NCBI GenBank assembly: GCA_965242725.1
Contig: CBDESZ010000018.1
Coordinates: 352,001-416,000 of the forward strand
Direction of reading: 5' to 3'
Source: Alkalispirochaeta sp.
Lineage (GTDB): Bacteria > Spirochaetota > Spirochaetia > DSM-27196 > Alkalispirochaetaceae
Length of the DNA: 64,000 bases
Within the stretch, counting starts at the first letter, position 1; each line of letters starts with the position of its first letter. This document shows, one piece after another, positions 61,867-64,000 of the stretch. The notes below the pieces were generated by a model that saw nothing but the letters and a program-made list of their open reading frames with translations, made no database searches and was not told the origin of the DNA. The position numbers were made by a program, and so were the translations under genes.

Positions 61867-62997
61867 ATGGAATTGGACTTGGTATACTTTATCGCCCCCG
61901 CGGCAGTGGGGGGCATCTCGGCGGGCCTGGCTGCGCTGATTTCGATAACCGACAAGATCGTCAACAACTATGGCGACATAAAAATCGATATTAACAACGG
62001 AAAAAAGGAGCTCGTCGTCAAGGGCGGACAGCCGATGCTCTTCGGACTTGCCGGGGAAGGCATTTTCATACCTTCCGCATGCGGCGGTCGCGGAAGTTGC
62101 GGTACCTGCAAGGTGAAGGTCAAGAGTGACATCGGCCCGGTCATGCCGACCGAGGTTCCATACCTTACCAAGGAAGAGATAGCCGACGACGTCCGACTCT
62201 CCTGTCAGGTCAAACTCAAAGAAGATGTGGATATCGACATTCCTGAGGAGCTTTTCAACGTCCAGGAGTATCAGGCCACCATCGAGAAGATTGAACAGGT
62301 TACCCACGATATTCTGGAGGTGTACTGCAAACTCCCCGAGGGCAAGGAAGTGACATTCACCTCCGGTCAGTACGGACAGTTTGAGGTTCCTCCCTACGAA
62401 AAGGTGAAAGAGAGATCGATGCGTGCCTATTCGATGTCTTCACCGCCGTCGGACAAGAACCACCTTGAGTTCCTGATCCGTCTCGTCCCGGGCGGAATCG
62501 TCACCACCTACGTTCACAACCATCTCCAGGAAGGCGAAAAAATCCGTATTGTCGCTCCCTTCGGCGACTTCTACGTCCGCGAGACCGACGCCCAGATGAT
62601 CTGTGTCGCCGGCGGTTCTGGAATGGCTCCGTTCAAGAGTATTTTTCAGGACATGATCGACAAGGGTACTTTGAATGATCGGGAAATCTGGTACTTCTTT
62701 GGCGCGCGGTCAAAGAGGGATGTTTTTTACCTCGATTGGCTGTACAAGCTGGATGAAGAAAATGAGAATTTTCACTTCATCCCCGCCCTCAGTGAACCCC
62801 AACCGGAGGACAACTGGGACGGTCCGACGGGATTGATCACTGAAATCCTCGATGAATACCTCAAAAATACAATTAATCCGGAGAAAGAGAAGGAAGGATA
62901 TCTCTGCGGCAGCCCCGGGATGCTTGATGCGTGTATGAAGGTCATGTCTGAAAATGAAATGCAGACCGACAAGATATATTTCGACAAGTTTGCGTAA
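61867..62997 (+). CDS. nqrF: NqrF-like subunit (TM, 2Fe-2S, FAD, NAD(P)H-binding)
   Basis: SACGGRGSCGTC...RLSCQ, RAYSM, GGSGMAP, FGAR, YLCGSP, DKF. Confidence 0.85.
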   Translation: MELDLVYFIAPAAVGGISAGLAALISITDKIVNNYGDIKIDINNGKKELVVKGGQPMLFGLAGEGIFIPSACGGRGSCGTCKVKVKSDIGPVMPTEVPYLTKEEIADDVRLSCQVKLKEDVDIDIPEELFNVQEYQATIEKIEQVTHDILEVYCKLPEGKEVTFTSGQYGQFEVPPYEKVKERSMRAYSMSSPPSDKNHLEFLIRLVPGGIVTTYVHNHLQEGEKIRIVAPFGDFYVRETDAQMICVAGGSGMAPFKSIFQDMIDKGTLNDREIWYFFGARSKRDVFYLDWLYKLDEENENFHFIPALSEPQPEDNWDGPTGLITEILDEYLKNTINPEKEKEGYLCGSPGMLDACMKVMSENEMQTDKIYFDKFA

Positions 62998-63012
62998 GGC
63001 AGGTACAAGCGT

Positions 63013-63477
63013 ATGAAAATGTCTCCCGAATACAGAAAGGCGCAGGAAAACATGCAGCCCGGCGTGATAACCGCCAACGGGTTTCTCGGTGACGATACGC
63101 GCAATATCGTCGATATCATTGAGGCGGACGAGGAAGAGTTCTCCCGCCTCGGAATGGATTTCGATGAAGTTGCCGCACAGCTGCGGCATCTCCTCAACGA
63201 GGGACGGAAAGGCCTCGATGAGCCCGTCACGGTGGATGGAAAGTGGATCGTCACGACAACCGAGGCACGGGGTCATCTGGCGTCCCCCTTTGAAGACGGG
63301 ATATTCCGGAAGGTGAACGCGACGATACAACGGGCGACCAATGGAAAAGCGGAGGGGCCTACCCTCCTGGTAAGCGACCTCTCTCTCCACCTGATGGAGA
63401 AGAATCACTTTCTACAGGGAAAAGGGGCGCCCTTCCGATTGGATCCCCACACGATCAAGACGGTGCTCGACCTTTAG
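63013..63477 (+). CDS. Hypothetical protein
   Basis: 154-aa ORF directly after nqrF in the same orientation; no recognised function. Confidence 0.65.
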   Translation: MKMSPEYRKAQENMQPGVITANGFLGDDTRNIVDIIEADEEEFSRLGMDFDEVAAQLRHLLNEGRKGLDEPVTVDGKWIVTTTEARGHLASPFEDGIFRKVNATIQRATNGKAEGPTLLVSDLSLHLMEKNHFLQGKGAPFRLDPHTIKTVLDL

Positions 63478-63534
63478 AGGGCACCGTCCTTCATTGATCT
63501 TTTCCCCCGCCGTCACTATGCTGTAACAAAGACC

Positions 63535-64000
63535 ATGGCCGACGAACGTGTACTCATCGTTGAGGATGAGAAAATTATAGCATTGGACCTCCAACGCCGG
63601 CTGGAAAAGTTCGGTTATACAGTTGTCCACCTTGCATCAAATGCAGATGAGGCGGTTGCCAGCGCCGAAGAGTATCGCCCCGATATCATTCTCATGGATA
63701 TCATGCTCGGTGGTGAGCGGGACGGCGTCGATGCGGCAATTGAGATCAAGGAACATACAAACACACCTATCGTTTTCCTTACGGCCTACGCGGATGAACA
63801 CACCGTGGAACGGGCGAAGAAGGCGGAACCGGTCGGATATGTTCTCAAACCCTTTAAAGAACGGGAACTGCAGACGACAATCGACATCGCCCTCTACAAG
63901 GCGCGGGTCGATCTCAAAATGCAGGAGCAGGAGCAGCTCTTTGAGGCACTCCTGAACAGCATGAACGACGGACTGGTCGCATTCTCCGCCCAGCGTACGA
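63535..64000 (+). CDS. Response regulator receiver (followed by a probable PAS domain), truncated by the window end
   Basis: Own translation from ATG 63535: MADERVLIVEDEKIIALDLQRRLEKFGY...DIILMDIML...VFLTAYAD...YVLKPF...LLNSMNDGLVAF. Upstream TTGATC-17-TATGCT. Confidence 0.88.
   Translation, partial: MADERVLIVEDEKIIALDLQRRLEKFGYTVVHLASNADEAVASAEEYRPDIILMDIMLGGERDGVDAAIEIKEHTNTPIVFLTAYADEHTVERAKKAEPVGYVLKPFKERELQTTIDIALYKARVDLKMQEQEQLFEALLNSMNDGLVAFSAQRT

Noticed and set aside
1..64000. CRISPR arrays, tRNAs, transposases, prophage or defence genes
   Set aside because: No regularly spaced repeats, cloverleaf-like intergenic segments or mobile-element motifs seen by eye; intergenic gaps are short. 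Dedicated tools were not run.

Overview
GC-rich, gene-dense core chromosomal region that looks like a free-living spirochaete (Spirochaetaceae-like). Support: a UPF0164/TP0858-type protein, 'AGGQGE'-type exported proteins and the spirochaete-style SpoIIE 'EGAKGVSGDYF' motif; the taxon is an inference. I saw no rRNA, tRNA, CRISPR array, prophage or transposase. Housekeeping content: ktrAB, a TAXI-TRAP transporter, ligA, lipA, rhomboid-prfA-prmC-rel, tpx, bioY-ECF, trmL, proC, serS, a neuB-like gene, acnA, msrB, a hybrid kinase with a dual response regulator, a phosphomutase, a mutY-like gene, trpS, the pdhABC-lpdA operon and a divergent nqrBCDEF-like operon lacking nqrA/rnfC. Most notable: (1) a single ~1130-aa polypeptide fusing 2-oxoacid dehydrogenase E1alpha, E1beta, a lipoyl domain and an intact FabH/KAS III but no E2 acyltransferase, suggesting a CoA-independent fatty-acid primer enzyme; (2) two unannotated ~55-70 nt candidate sRNAs (after lipA and after msrB) that share a GGTGTAACC-N13-GTTGTT promoter-like motif and a terminator hairpin whose loop displays an anti-Shine-Dalgarno (ACCUCCUUU) on unrelated stems; (3) at least eight genes with leaderless-type promoters; (4) a one-base frameshift splitting a giant membrane SpoIIE/PP2C sensor phosphatase.
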